Source of the DNA: Octopus vulgaris
Taxonomy: Eukaryota
Direction: 5' to 3'
Length of the DNA stretch: 64,000 nt
NCBI GenBank assembly: GCA_951406725.2
Contig: OX597839.1
Coordinates: 3,162,001 to 3,226,000, forward strand
This document shows, piece after piece, positions 13,422 to 28,927 of this stretch (the first letter of the stretch is position 1; each line of letters begins with the position of its first letter). Position numbers and translations under genes: made by a program. The notes beneath the pieces were generated by a model. The model was not told where the DNA came from and ran no database searches. It worked only from the letters and a program-made list of their open reading frames with translations.

Positions 13422-13737
13422 TCTCTCTATATATAAAGCTGAAGTTGTCTGTGTATGGCAGGTTTGGTAGCCTTCAACTAACTCTATCTCCTCCGAGACC
13501 CTGCGGCGCAAGTTGACCAAAATTGAAAGTATGATAGAAGAAGGCTTGCTCTTCCTTCCGTAGAAGAAAAAATTCAATCAGACCATGTTAACACCAAAAA
13601 TTATATACATCAAAAAGGTGGAGGTTTTTTCTATGAAAATCCCTATTGTTTATGATTTTTTGACTGCTGTGTCGCCATTTTTCGGTGTATTTCAACCAGA
13701 AAAATGTTCACTCAAAGAGAATAACAAGCTACATAAT
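13422..13737 (+). mobile_element. Helitron-like non-autonomous element, 5' part
   Basis: A|TCTCTCTATATATAAAG start resembles the 36727 element. No 3' hairpin seen. Confidence 0.45.
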
Positions 13738-13784
13738 CCTCACTTGTATCGAATATCTGTGTGAATCATAATACTAGTCCTGAT

Positions 13785-13900
13785 AACTCTGAAGTTTGTT
13801 AGCAATGGCTTTCATTGAATTTCCGGGATCATTATTGAAAGTGTTTTGAACCACCTGTTGGATAATTTGTGGTGTCGTCGTAATGTCTGAAAGTTCCAAC
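13785..13900 (-). mobile_element. Tc1/mariner transposase HTH fragment
   Basis: TTPQIIQQVVQNTFNNDPGNSMKAIANKLQ. A related copy lies at about 14750-14832. Confidence 0.6.
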
Positions 13901-14363
13901 AGCATCGAAATACAGTTGAAGATTCCCGCCAGTGATACATTGATAATTAAATGTCTTGAAATGTCCATCATGTGGGTAAAATATTGTTATCGTTATGTAG
14001 ACACCGTTTATTAATTAATAGTATTTGCCTTAATGAAGCCTTTAGTTGTTATGCTTAAATTATCGGAATATTTGAATAGACGAAAAAGGTTATTCTTAAT
14101 TAGTTCTGAAATATACAAATGACGAAGAAAAAGAGGAGGGGGAGATGATGAAGAAGAAGAAGAAAGAAAGAAAGAAAGAAAGAAATTGATGGAGCGGACA
14201 GGGTGAGGGTTGGATGAATTCCATACAAATAATTTTGAAGATCAATTCTGTGTCATTTGACCGAATCAATCATGCGTAAAGATAAATAGAGGCTTATTGT
14301 AACAACCGATGTATACAAACATGTTCGTTCAAGCGTACATATATATATATATATATATATATA

Positions 14364-14714
14364 CTCTTTTATACTTATTTGTTTGTCATTTGACTGCAGC
14401 CATGCTGGAGTACACTGCCATTAGTCGAACAAATCGACCCCAGGACTTACTCTTTGTAAGCCTAGTACTTATTCTATCGGTCTCTTTTGCCAAACTGCTA
14501 ATTTACCGAGACGTACACACACGAACATCAGGTTAAGCGATGGTGAGGGGACAAACATAGACACACAAATACAAACACATATGTATATGACGGGCTTCCT
14601 TCAGTTTCCGTCTACCAAATCCACTCACAAGGCCTTGGTCGGCCCGAGGCTATAGTAGAAGACACTTGCCCTGTCCGAGGTGCCACACAGTGGGACTGAA
14701 CCCGGGATCATATG

Positions 14715-14716
<2 letters not shown>
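14364..14716 (-). mobile_element. SINE family B (CORE-like)
   Basis: Reverse complement of the 40687 element. Confidence 0.85.
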
Positions 14717-14752
<36 letters not shown>

Positions 14753-14915
14753 TTTTGAACCTGTTGGATAAACTGCGGTATCGTCGTAATGTCTGAAAGT
14801 TCCAACTGTATCGGAATACAGTTGAAAATTCCATAGAATTGAACTCTATCTCCTTTTCTCTGTCAGTCACTCACACATTCACTCACTACAAAAAGTGATT
14901 AACAAAATTTCAGTT

Positions 14916-14988
<73 letters not shown>

Positions 14989-15297
14989 CCATACATACAT
15001 ACATAATCTATGTATGCATATATACATAAATACTTAACAACCTTCGCGTGTGTGTGTGTGTCACTGAAGTCATTCATACATAGCCTCTCGCTCTCGCTTT
15101 TTCTCTGTCAATCACTCACACATTCACTCACTACAAAAGTGAATAAACAATTTCAGTTATCTCTCTCTTTTCTGTCTGTCTGTCTGTCTCTCTCTCTCTC
15201 ACACACACGCGCACACATACACACATACACACACCAGCAACATGACTCTCTCTGTCTCTTCACACACACTAATAAAAGCACATATATATTATATATA

Positions 15298-15363
<66 letters not shown>

Positions 15364-15595
15364 ATTTTCTGCCGAACAACCACACAGATGCTTCGTTTAT
15401 AGTGATCAAATCTTTGTGTATACATAAGCTCACTGTGCAGATCTGCGAGTGTGCCACGCGCACAGGTGTCGAAACGATCGCAGAGAAACTTGAAATAAAA
15501 TGTTTTTTTGAAGAACACAGCGCAGTGGCTGGTCCTGGTGTCGAAACCACGATCTCGCGATCGCCAGCACAACACACAAACTTCTACTCAATGCT

Positions 15596-15708
<113 letters not shown>

Positions 15709-15983
15709 CCGAATTTGCACAAATAAAAGAATATATAATGACCATTATTTATGCCTTTTCATATGTATGTATGTATTTATGTATGTATATAATTGAGTTC
15801 ATATATCTAAGTGTGTGTGAGTGGGGAACACATAAGTTTGCATGTATGTAGGTATTTAAAAGAACAACAACAACAAAAAGAATTTTCGTTTTCCAGGCTC
15901 TACTTATAGTTTTGCGGCCATTAACTTTTTATTCAACGTTCTTCCAGTCCTATTACAAAGACATAAAAAATGCATTGAATGTT

Positions 15984-16080
<97 letters not shown>

Positions 16081-16312
16081 GACAACAATGCTACTGCTGC
16101 TGCGGCTGCTGATGCTGCCTAGGCTCGTTCTGTTGTTATTTTCATGGATATCGATTCTAAATATAATTATTTTCTTTTTGATGTGCTCTGAAATGAAAAT
16201 ATTCTTTTTAATACTATTTTGCTTCGATAAATTTTCTGTTTTTCTTTTATTTCGCGTACGTTTCGTATATAGATATGTGTGCATGTTTGTATATAAATGT
16301 TTGGATGGACGG

Positions 16313-16521
<209 letters not shown>

Positions 16522-16653
16522 TATACGTATTTCGGCATACATAAACTCGTCATACATAGGCATACATTCATACATATTCATATGTGTATAGGTCTTTGCA
16601 CACATAAATACGTATATGTAAGTGTGCGTATATACAAATATATATACAGAAAC

Positions 16654-16719
<66 letters not shown>

Positions 16720-17325
16720 GCATATTTCCTTATACAAACTTATATATACATACGTACACACAAGTGTTTGTGCACATACAACATTTAAATAAATCAACAT
16801 ATGCATTCGGTACATGTGAATGTGTGTGTGTGTATGAATATGTATACATATATATACATATAGATAGATAGATACATACATACATACATACATACATACA
16901 CCATACAGACACACCACACACACACACACACACACACAAATACTCATACAAACACAATCTTTGTATACATTATAAATAAAAATAGATTTCGCTTAGAATT
17001 TCCAACCAAGTGTGTTTAGTTACTCTTTCAACTGAAAGACCAGCTCCATTGAGTTGGCTTTCAAGTTTCGCTTCTAAATTTAGGCTGTCACGTGTACACT
17101 TAATATCAATCTCAGTTGGAACGAACGTTACACTGTGAGTGATATGGCGGTGCCATTGTTTTACGGGGGCAATCCACCTACATGGCTTCCATGCTGTTTC
17201 ATATTACTCAATTTCACACAAGAGTATATTTGTCGATCCGATACTACAGATGCCACGCAATGGAATCGAAACCGAAACCTCACGATTGCGGGTCAAATTT
17301 CTAATCTATTCAGGCAAACTATACC

Positions 17326-17362
<37 letters not shown>

Positions 17363-17408
17363 CACATTATCTCTAAATATTTGTGTATATATATATATAT
17401 ATCTGTGA

Positions 17409-17458
<50 letters not shown>

Positions 17459-17527
17459 GTATATATACATATGTGTATGTGTGTATGTATAAATATCTAT
17501 AAATGTATATATACATATATTACATAT

Positions 17528-17563
<36 letters not shown>

Positions 17564-18072
17564 GCATAATATGCATACATACACACTCACACACATATAT
17601 ATGTATATGTGTGTATATATATTTATATATATGTGTATAAAGAGAAAGAGAGGAAGAAAGAGAGAGAGAGAGAATGGGCGTAGGCATATAGACAGATATA
17701 TTTTCGTATCTGTGTGTATTTGTATGTAATTAACATGCATGGGTAGAGAACTTCATTAATATTGTAAATGTTTAATGGACACCCGAGCGATGTGCTTGTT
17801 AATCAATTCAATGTTGTGTCGTTATTATTCCTTGGCGGTTTGTCTCGTCAGTAAACAACTATAATTGCTATTTTATTTTGTATTCTAATGATATGATAAG
17901 AAATCTTAGATTATATACGGTGACTGCTGTAAAGACAGAGAAGACATGTTTGTTTTATTGAGTCGTATTTTATTTCAGATATTTGAAGCTGGATAGATCA
18001 AGAGACCGATACCGGTACAAAAATAAACAGACAGGCAGACAGATAGATAGACAGACAGACTGATAGACAGAC

Positions 18073-18182
<110 letters not shown>

Positions 18183-18249
18183 GCAGACAAATAGATAGAT
18201 ATATAAATAGATAGATAGACAGATAGATAGACAGACAGACCGACAGACC

Positions 18250-18375
<126 letters not shown>

Positions 18376-18410
18376 GAGGCAGGCAGACAAATAGATAGAT
18401 ATATAATTAA

Positions 18411-18453
<43 letters not shown>

Positions 18454-18454
<1 letters not shown>

Positions 18455-18862
18455 TAGCAATTAAGCCCGGTTTCACCCGATCTGTTTGGATGATGTGGGT
18501 GTGATCGTTTTCGGTTAAGTTTAATTTATAACAGCGTTTCTCAACCTTATCATTTCGGGTCCCCTGTTTCGATTGGAGCCTCCAGCTATATGAAAATTTC
18601 CTGACCCCACCCCGTCAGAAAACAGCTCCTAAGCAACTGGTTGTTTTAATGGCAGAAGAAAGAGGGAAATTCCATTAGAAAAAGTTTTAATCGATTTTCT
18701 CGGTAAGTATAGGTGCTAGGGGAAAATGCAAACTGTATTCCAATCTATGCACCTGTCTGCACATGTGTGCCATTTTTCACGCGAATCCCCCCTGCCATTT
18801 GGCTGTGAACCTCAAGACAAGAAAGAATACAACGCTCACCCATGTCCAATTTATATTATAGA
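18454..18862 (-). mobile_element. Non-autonomous Helitron
   Basis: Reverse complement starts A|TCTATAATATAAA and ends with the CGGGTGAAACCGGG hairpin, then TTAATTG CTAG|T. Confidence 0.75.
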
Positions 18863-19684
18863 TGTATACATAGAGAGATAAATAGTTAGGTTGGCAAATA
18901 GATAGTTAGTCACAGAGAGCTGAAGACAGAGATAGAAGGCAAATCATAAGAAATGTGAGAGGAGTAGATTGAGTGATGTAGGAATGAATAAGTAAATCGA
19001 ATCATTTATCCCTTCTTTGTCTCAACACATATATATACACATATGCGTACATGTATACTCAAGTAAGCGTGCGTGTGTGTGTGGTTTGTGCCTGCGCGAT
19101 AAAATACATCAGTAAAGCGTAGAAGATTATACGGCAAGAAGAAGATAAAGAAATAAATAGTATAAGAGCTTTGAAAAGTGAAACGCGTCATAGAAAAAAC
19201 ACCTAAATTTGAAACCAAATAACAGCAATCAAAATCTGCTTACAATAAATAAAGATATATGTAATGAAGATAAATACAATACGTCAATGAAAGGAATAAA
19301 GGGGGATCTCACGTTTATCAGTGAAGAAGAAAATCATTGAGAGATGTGAAAGAAAAGTAGAAGCGAAAGCGATTTTACGACACTTGATTAAAATGAAGGC
19401 TCAGTGTAAATACGCCATCTTTATTCCACAATCACAAGAAATATAATAGCCAAGCCACAAAAATAAGTATTCAATAAACGAGCAGAAACATAACACAAGC
19501 ATGAGAGCACACACGAGACGATGAATAGAAATACCCTACCAGAATTGAGGTGTTAAAGTTCTCGCCTGAAAATCGCAATTTCGTGAAAATTGAGTGGAGA
19601 GACATGCATTGAGTTTCAATAAATTATATACCCTATATGTGTTGAGTAGGCCTCTCCTTTTCATTTGACTTAATTTAACTTCCG

Positions 19685-19726
<42 letters not shown>

Positions 19727-19764
19727 TATATTAAAAATAAGCAACAACAATATCTTCGGTAATT

Positions 19765-19848
19765 TGGTACGATCGTTTCACGCTACACCATTTTATTACA
19801 CATTGTAAGTATTACAACAGTTTTAAAATGTTGAGCAATCATCAGCCA
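19765..19848 (-). ncRNA. Type-I hammerhead ribozyme, canonical core, long stem II
   Basis: Reverse complement: tgg CTGATGA t TGCT-CAACATTTTA...TAAAATGGTG-t-AGCG t GAA ACGATCGT A cca. Stem III is an 8-nt palindrome. Confidence 0.75.
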
Positions 19849-20027
19849 TTTATAGAGGTTTTCCATCAATACATATACATATTTTCATGTTAATTGATAA
19901 CATTATAAAGAGGGTAGATATATAAACAGAGATGTTGATTTGAATGTTGATTACAATCACCCCATGGATTTATATGGATAACACCATACAGAATTCTGGT
20001 GCATCTAACTTAAGTACCATATTCATT

Positions 20028-20206
<179 letters not shown>

Positions 20207-20308
20207 ATAAAAACGGTAAGATAACAAAAGAAAGAAAGAGACCTCGATATTATGTAAATAGAGATAGCCAAGATAAAACTCATTTTTCATAGCGTTTTTC
20301 CGATGGCC

Positions 20309-20371
20309 GGATAACTGAAGAGATGGTAGCGTGGATTTCCACCTCAGCATCCGAAACTCTGAGTTTTATCC
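20309..20371 (+). ncRNA. Type-I hammerhead ribozyme, canonical core
   Basis: ggataa CTGAAGA GATG..GTGG-attt-CCAC..CATC c GAA ACTCTGAGT T ttatcc. Perfect 6-bp stem I. Confidence 0.8.
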
Positions 20372-20454
20372 TGGCTACCGAATAATTGTCACATATTACT
20401 TTTGCAGATATATATATGAATAGATAGATAAATAGATAGATACACACAGGCACG

Positions 20455-20548
<94 letters not shown>

Positions 20549-20660
20549 TACTTGGAAATTGATGTGTCGCGTTCACTATATACACACACAATGCAAAGTG
20601 TTCATTGCATTGCTCGTGTATATATATATATATATATATATAACCACTGAGCCATGCGCC

Positions 20661-20711
<51 letters not shown>

Positions 20712-20950
20712 GTTGTACAACCGAACCAGGATGACATGACTTTTTGCGAGAAAGCCATTTCTTCAAGACGCCACATAGTGGGACTGAACCCAGCAGGCGA
20801 TAATTGATTGCGAAGTGATTTTCTCTGCTCAGTCAACTATGCCCGCGCTCACTCAACGCACTTATCTATGTATATAGCTAGCTAGCTATATTTCAAGGGG
20901 GTGCTCCAACGTGGTCACAGTCAAATGAAAGAAACAAGTAAAAGAGAGGA

Positions 20951-20992
<42 letters not shown>

Positions 20993-21050
20993 TCACTCAC
21001 ACGCACACACAAACACAAACATACACTCACACGAAAACACACATGCACAA

Positions 21051-21127
<77 letters not shown>

Positions 21128-21398
21128 TAGACGCACAGGTGAAAAATCAAGAAATCCACTTGATTCTGTCCATACACTCGATAACAAGGCTACAATATGA
21201 TGGCATAACTTATATAACAGATGAGTAATCTTACCATGATGCTTCGTAAATGTCACCATGTGAATAATTTATTTATTGTCCTGTTCATACTCTCATTATA
21301 TGCAACTGATCGAAATTTGATCAGCTTCTGGCTTGGCACCAAATATGTCGTCTTCTCGTATGCCTATCTATTTCATATAATATATAGCATTTATGTTT

Positions 21399-21471
<73 letters not shown>

Positions 21472-21657
21472 TATATTTATATATATATAAAATTATAAAT
21501 TAGGGTATCTACGAGATACCAACGTGCTGAAAATAGCACCCATGATCTGACTCTAAAACCACCTAAATTGTCCATATATCAACAGGTATCAACATGTATG
21601 TATACGTTCGTATATGTAAGTATTCGTATGTTATATATGTATATATATATATATATA

Positions 21658-21701
<44 letters not shown>

Positions 21702-21730
21702 GTATGTATTTATGTTTCTCTTCTGTGTGT

Positions 21731-21788
21731 ATTCTACTGACGAGGCAAAGCATTCCTAAATGCAAAGTCAGAAATCCGGATCTAGAAT
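21731..21788 (+). ncRNA. Type-I hammerhead ribozyme, canonical core
   Basis: attcta CTGACGA GGC-aaa-GCATT-ccta-AATGC-aaa-GTC a GAA ATCCGGAT C tagaat. Perfect 6-bp stem I, palindromic stem III. Confidence 0.8.
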
Positions 21789-22353
21789 TATCCAGTAATT
21801 TTTTACTAGTTTCATCTTGTCTCTTTGTTTTTTCTCCATATGTATGCATGTATGCATGTATGTACGTACGTATGTATGCATGTATGTACGTACGTATGTA
21901 TGTATGTATGTATGTATGTATGTATGTATGTATGTATGTATGTATGTATGTATGCACGTTTGCAGGGTTTCCTTTGCAGCGGTTAACAAGCAGCGTTTAG
22001 CAACGTTAAGTGATATTTTGAGATTTAGTGCCAATTGTAGCCAAGGTGTTCTTACTCATCCGAAGTGTTTGCCATTTAAAAGTGAATTTATTGTGTTATA
22101 ATATAAACTGAAATATCAAACAACGATGTTAGATCAGAGGAAATAGCTGAATAGGATTTCTTCATTCATGAGGAATCACAGTGGTTTGAAACTTGAATGT
22201 ATGAAAGGGCAACTATATATATATTATACGCTTCTTTTAATGGGGGTTGTTTTGTTTTGAAACTTGTGTAGTATCGAGGAGGAGGAGAGGGTGGAAGAAA
22301 TATCAAGGAGTAAGAAGTGGAAGAGGAAGGAAAGCAGTAGGAGGATAAAAAGG

Positions 22354-22354
22354 G

Positions 22355-22385
<31 letters not shown>

Positions 22386-22529
22386 GAGGAGGAGGAGGAG
22401 GAGGAGGAGGAGAAAAGGAAGCAGAAGGAAAAGTAGAAGAAAAAGGAGAAAAGGAAGAAGGATAAGGAGTAAAAGGAGGGGTAGCAGCAGCAGCAGTAGT
22501 AGTAGTAGTGGTAGTAGTAGTTGTAGTAA

Positions 22530-22577
<48 letters not shown>

Positions 22578-22800
22578 CAGCAGAAGAAGAAGAAGAAGAA
22601 GAAGAAGAAGAAGAAGAGAGAAGAAGAAGAAGAAGAAGAAGAAGAAGAAGAAAGAGAAATAGAAGAAAAAGGAGGAGGAAGAAGAAGAAGAAGAAGAAGA
22701 AGAAGAAGAAGAAGAAGAGAAGAAGAAGAAGAAGAAGAAGAAGAAGAAGAAGAAGAAGAAGAAGAAGAAGAAGAAGAAGAAGAAGAAGAAGAAGAAGAGG
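22354..22800. repeat. Compound (AGT)/(AGG)/(AAG) microsatellite
   Basis: Seen directly. Confidence 0.95.
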
Positions 22801-23233
22801 ACGACGAGGAGGTAAAATTTCGATGCGAAATCTAGACTAAGGTGATACAGAACCTCAGCGCGAAATATAAGGTCCTAGCTGGAAGAAGCATAGTAGTCGA
22901 TATGACCGACAAAATCGTTTGAGAGGTACTCAAGTAAGACCACATTCTCATACCCGAAACCATAAAAATAATACACACACACGTATATAGCAATGAGGAA
23001 TAATGATAGCAATACAGATGTGTAGAACAAGTGACATAAGCCATGATAGGAGAACAGGCAACGATTATGGAGTGATATCAGGTTATAGTTGCCTACAGCG
23101 CACTGTCAGATGTCATCAGAAGCTGTCTGATATCACAAGTTGTATGTATGTATGTATGTATGTATGTATGTATGTATGTATGTATGTATGTATGTATATA
23201 AGTATCTATCATTACACACACACACACATCTAT

Positions 23234-23329
<96 letters not shown>

Positions 23330-23581
23330 AAAGAGAGAGAGTGAGAGTGGTGCAGATAAACACAATTAGGCTTTTCGGTCGTTTGTCCACTCACATATGT
23401 ATAAGCATTTATAAGCATATATACATATACACATAGAGATACGCATATACACATATAGCTAGATATATTCAGAAGATAAACAGATATGTGCAAACATCGA
23501 TGTTTATATGTATGGGAAAATGTATTTACATAGAGTATAAAACTAGAGAATACTAAAGAGAGAAAACATTGTTTCTTTTTA

Positions 23582-23995
23582 ACTGGATAGCAAAACTTCA
23601 CACACCACATCCACCCCCATCAGTTAAAAAATGTGCACGCCCTAACTGTGGTACCTGCCCCTTCCTACTTGAAGGCTCTGAATTTACTTTCAAACACGGA
23701 ACAAAGTTTAAAATCAAAACCAGCTTCTCCTGTTCCTCCGAGAACCTCATCTACGTTCTCACATGCGCCGGTTGCCAACACAGTTAAGCAGAAGAGTAGC
23801 AGTCCATAAAGAACAGATAAATCTCCTACAATACCGTCAAATTCCACTCAGTAGCCACATAGACCCTTGCGCTAGAGATAAAAATCCCAAATTTCACATA
23901 TTCCCTTTCTACCAATGAAAAGACAGACTCTCTACACAAGAAAGAATCAACAAGGAGAATCTTTTTTTTCAAAAATTCCAAACGCGTCTTAATAT
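23582..23995 (+). mobile_element. Penelope-like element GIY-YIG endonuclease remnant (pseudogene)
   Basis: KCARPNCGTCP (CxxxxCxxC linker)...FSCSSENLIYVLTCAGC, then a deletion, then HKEQI..YRQIPLSSHIDPC...FHIFPFY..RINKENLFFQKF..LN. Confidence 0.85.
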
Positions 23996-24499
23996 GCAAA
24001 CTCCACGGTGACCATACTCCTTTTTCTAACATCCTGTCTAACAAAAAAAGTGATATATGCATCCTGTTTGACAAAACATACATCGTTCCAATTAAAGAGC
24101 ATAAAATCCACAGAATTGTCTCCCCTTACTCACAGGAACTGGTTAGCTCCTACCCCATTTCCTGTTTTGAAAACACAATCACCCAACTCTTTCAAACTAA
24201 ACACTACACTTAAACACATGCATCCTAATCCTCCAAAGAAGTTTTCCCAAGGACTATTATTGAACTCTAAAAGCATAAGACACTACAATGTATTGGTATA
24301 CTTATTTATTAATTTTTGTATATATGTATTATTATTTTTTTGAAAAAACATTGTAAATTTATTTTTTCCCCTTCCAAATCTTGAAAATTTGCCTTGCAAT
24401 AAAAGCCGGTTTGATTTATCATTTTTTATTTTTTATGTTTTCATAGACCCATTTTTGTTAAAATTTACTTTCAATTTAGCATTCTGCCTTATAATTTTT

Positions 24500-24561
<62 letters not shown>

Positions 24562-24637
24562 AAAACAAAAACACGCAAACATATACATATGTATGTATAT
24601 GCATATATATAGGCACACACACACAAATATATATATA

Positions 24638-24783
24638 TATATAATATTAATTCGAGACAAAACCACTACTTTGCAAAACAAACAAGGAAAGACTTAATCA
24701 ATACATAAAATTTTATGTATTGATTAAGTCTTTCCTTGTTTGTTTTGCAAAGTAGTGGTTTTGTCTCGAATTAATATTATATA
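24638..24783. repeat. Perfect 146-bp palindrome with no spacer
   Basis: Centre AAAA|TTTT at 24710/24711. The arms match exactly. Confidence 0.95.
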
Positions 24784-24857
24784 ATATTTTACTATAAAAT
24801 TGGATTTAATCCTAAATTTGATTTTTTCCCTGTAAATTTGGATTTATTCCCTAATAT

Positions 24858-24921
<64 letters not shown>

Positions 24922-25266
24922 AAGAGAAAGAGAGAGAGAGTGTGAGAGAAAGAGGAAGAGAGATTACATCGATATTCATACGCGCAAGCTTAGTAACACA
25001 ATCGCATGTATGCATATTTGTCCCGTTTGTAAGTATTTATTTATTTATGTATCCAATTTATGTTTGGATACAGACACAGTGAGATTGAAATCATTAGAAA
25101 TATCCAGTTAATCACTCTTGATTCTCATTCAAACATGGCCGCTGTATTCGTATCCAAAAATAGCCTCTGAAGAACGCACGCACACACTCACACATGTGCA
25201 CACACTCATGCACACATATACATCATGCACGTGTGGGTGCATATATATACATATGTGTGTGTATGC

Positions 25267-25316
<50 letters not shown>

Positions 25317-25556
25317 ACATATATACATTTATATACACACATACGTATGTGTGTGTATGTATCTATATACATATATATATATATATATATACACAAATAC
25401 GTGCAGATATTTATGTGTATATGTATACATATATATGTGTGTGTGTGTAAATATATATATATATATAGAAATACATATATATATATATACGTATATATAT
25501 ACATATATTTAAATATACCTATATATACATACATACATATGTAATATATATGTATT

Positions 25557-25611
<55 letters not shown>

Positions 25612-26540
25612 GTATACACACACACACACATATATATGTATATATATATGTGTGTGTGTGTGTGTCTCTGTGTGTGTGTGTGTGTACACACAAAAAGTAA
25701 TATATATGTGTGCATGCGTATGTGTTGTGTGTGTGTGTGCACATGTGTGTGTGTGTGTGTCTTAATTAAAGTTAACTGTTATCGTAAACAATATTCTAGT
25801 CGGCGGTAATAAATTTTTCAACGCATTATATCTTGTATACTCTACTTTGTTTTGGGAATAACGTTAATAAACACATAAAATATATCCATTTCTGTTTCTG
25901 TATATAGATGGATCTTTCATCAGTTTCTACGACTGTTATTACAGTTTATCAATTAACTGACTGCGTGTTTTTTACGTGGGTATGAGACATTTTGGCACAG
26001 CTGTTTTACCGCCGCCTATTTGGCGTCGCTGATTCGACACTGACTTATTTCGCAGCTGAGGTTTTAATGGTTTTTCTCCTTTCGATGTTACCCTCGTTTT
26101 CTCTCTCTATCCTCTGTCTGCCGGGTTTGTGGGGTCAACCGCGTCCTCCGCTTCATTTTTTGTTAATCACTCATTCTCATTTAATTGTATATATTTTAAT
26201 TGTTTGTTTATTCATACGTTTCGTCTCATTCGATACCCTGATCCCAATGTTTGTTTTGTCTGTCCCTGTATTGTCCCCCCCTTTTTCTCAACCTTATGGT
26301 GAATAAAGAAATACTCTCTCTCACTCTCTCTTTCTTCCTTTCTCTTTTTTTGTCAAGTAATGCTGCTATTAACAGTACTAAGACGATTGCCAATATCAAA
26401 CAAAGAACAGCCTCAAAAGCAACAATAAAAAAACATCCCTATTACCTCCAACACCACAAGGCGGCGAGCTGGCATAAATGACAGCAAAATGCTTAGCGGC
26501 AATTCATCTATCTTTACGTTCTGAGTGCTTTACTCTAATT

Positions 26541-26723
26541 CAGTGGTTTTCAACCAGGGTTCCGCCAGTACAGTCCAGGGGTTCCGCAAGAAGTTACAAA
26601 AATGCTAAAATCTCCTGTGCAGATATGTGTGCATAAGACTATTAAATTATTGCACATGGGTTCCTCGAGCCAGTGGAATGTTTCCTTGGGGTTCCGCTCC
26701 AGCAAAAAGTTTGAAAAGCACTG
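26541..26723. mobile_element. hAT (Charlie-type) MITE with 8-bp TSD
   Basis: TIRs CAGTGGTTTTCAA / TTGAAAAGCACTG. CTCTAATT at 26533-26540 and 26724-26731. Confidence 0.9.
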
Positions 26724-26922
26724 CTCTAATTAAATGTATTTAGTGATCCTTTAATATTTTGACAGGGTTTTCTTTGAGGCGTCGAGCTGCCAGAAACGTT
26801 AGCAAAATGCTTAACGGCATTTCGTTTATCTTTACGTTTTGTCTTTACGTTCTGAGTCCTTTATTCTAGTTAAATGCATTTAGTCAACTTTTAATTAATA
26901 TTTTGACAGGGTTTTCTTTTTA

Positions 26923-27110
26923 AGACGGTGAGCTGGCAGAATAGTTAGCACACCTGGCAAAATGCTTACCGGCATTTCATTCTGAGTTCAAATTCCGCCC
27001 AGGTCGACTTTGCCTTTCATCCTTTCATGGTCGTTAAAATAAGTAACGTATGATGTAATCAACTTACTCCATCCTCCGAAAATTGCTGGCCTTGTGCCAA
27101 ACCTTGAGAC
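26923..27110 (+). mobile_element. SINE family A (preceded by two head-only tandem units from 26459)
   Basis: Family head and core. Confidence 0.8.
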
Positions 27111-27200
27111 CATTATTACCTCCAGCACTGTACATTTAGAGAGATAAATACACGATAAATACTCATCAATTCACACACACGTATATATGTATATATTTGG

Positions 27201-27235
<35 letters not shown>

Positions 27236-27246
27236 TTTATATATAC

Positions 27247-27293
<47 letters not shown>

Positions 27294-27472
27294 TATGTAT
27301 GCGTATATATATGTATGTGTTTGTATATTCATATATATATACATACACATATACATATATAAACGTTTATATATGAATATATGCATATTTATATATACAT
27401 GTATATGAATATGAATATATTCATATATGTGTACATATATATAATTTGCACGGGTGTCTACGTTTGAGAGTG

Positions 27473-27515
<43 letters not shown>

Positions 27516-27934
27516 CTGATGTACAATTTCACCAATGAGTATGACTGCCAATTTTGGTTCACTTTATTCTTCATTACAAAGTCAGATATTTTCGACCATA
27601 TAAATGTTTAGTTTCCAATCTTATCAGGCAGCATGAAACTCGCAAAGTGTTAAAATATCAGTTATAGTCAACACACTATTTCAGATAACCATTCTGTAAA
27701 GCAAATTGAAATAATCACTGCACGAAATTTTTTGGCAATACGGAATTTTGTCAGTGAACAGGTCGAGGTCTCAAAGCAACGAAAATATTTTGGCAAATTA
27801 AATTTAAATGTTGAAGTGAATCTAACGGTTTTTGTGTGTCTTTAAATGGCTTATAAACACCTTCCACGCTGCAATTGTTTTTGTTTCAGCACACGATCGC
27901 AGATCAGGTCACTTGCTATGCAAGTACATTTCTA

Positions 27935-28209
27935 TCGGTCTTCTCTTTTGCTGAACCGCTAAGTAACGGGGATATAAACACACCAGCATCGGTTGTCAAG
28001 CAATGCTAGGGGGACAAACACAGACACACAAACACATATATACATATACATATATACGACGGGCTTCTTTCAGTTTCCGTCTACCAAATCCACTCACAAG
28101 GCTTTGGTCGGCCGAGGCTATAGTAGAAGACACTTGCCCAAGGTGCCACGCAGTGGGACTGAACCCGGAACCATGTGGTTGGTAAACAAGCTACCTACCA
28201 CACAGCCAC
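27935..28209 (-). mobile_element. SINE family B
   Basis: Reverse complement of the 40687 element. Confidence 0.85.
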
Positions 28210-28422
28210 ATATATATATTTACTTAAAAGAAATAAATTACGGATTCGCACAAGGTATACCTTCGTGTGTTTCCTATCTCGTACTTAGTGTCAAGTGGAA
28301 TACTTTATGAGGCAACATAAAAATACAACACATTCTATTCTAGCCACTAGATATCTCTTTATATTCGACATTCTGTAAAACAATCGGCTTCTAAATGCTT
28401 TGAGAATGTCTTCACTATTTTC

Positions 28423-28465
<43 letters not shown>

Positions 28466-28530
28466 TATACATTCATACATACATATACACATGCATACAT
28501 ACACACACACACATATATACATATATATAC

Positions 28531-28671
<141 letters not shown>

Positions 28672-28685
28672 CGTGTGTTTATATT

Positions 28686-28721
<36 letters not shown>

Positions 28722-28811
28722 CACACATACATATATCTATGTATATATATCGATATAAATGCATATATACATATATATATATTTATACATACGTATATAT
28801 GTATATACAAA

Positions 28812-28857
<46 letters not shown>

Positions 28858-28876
28858 CCCCTTGTGGGTAGTAAAG

Positions 28877-28927
<51 letters not shown>

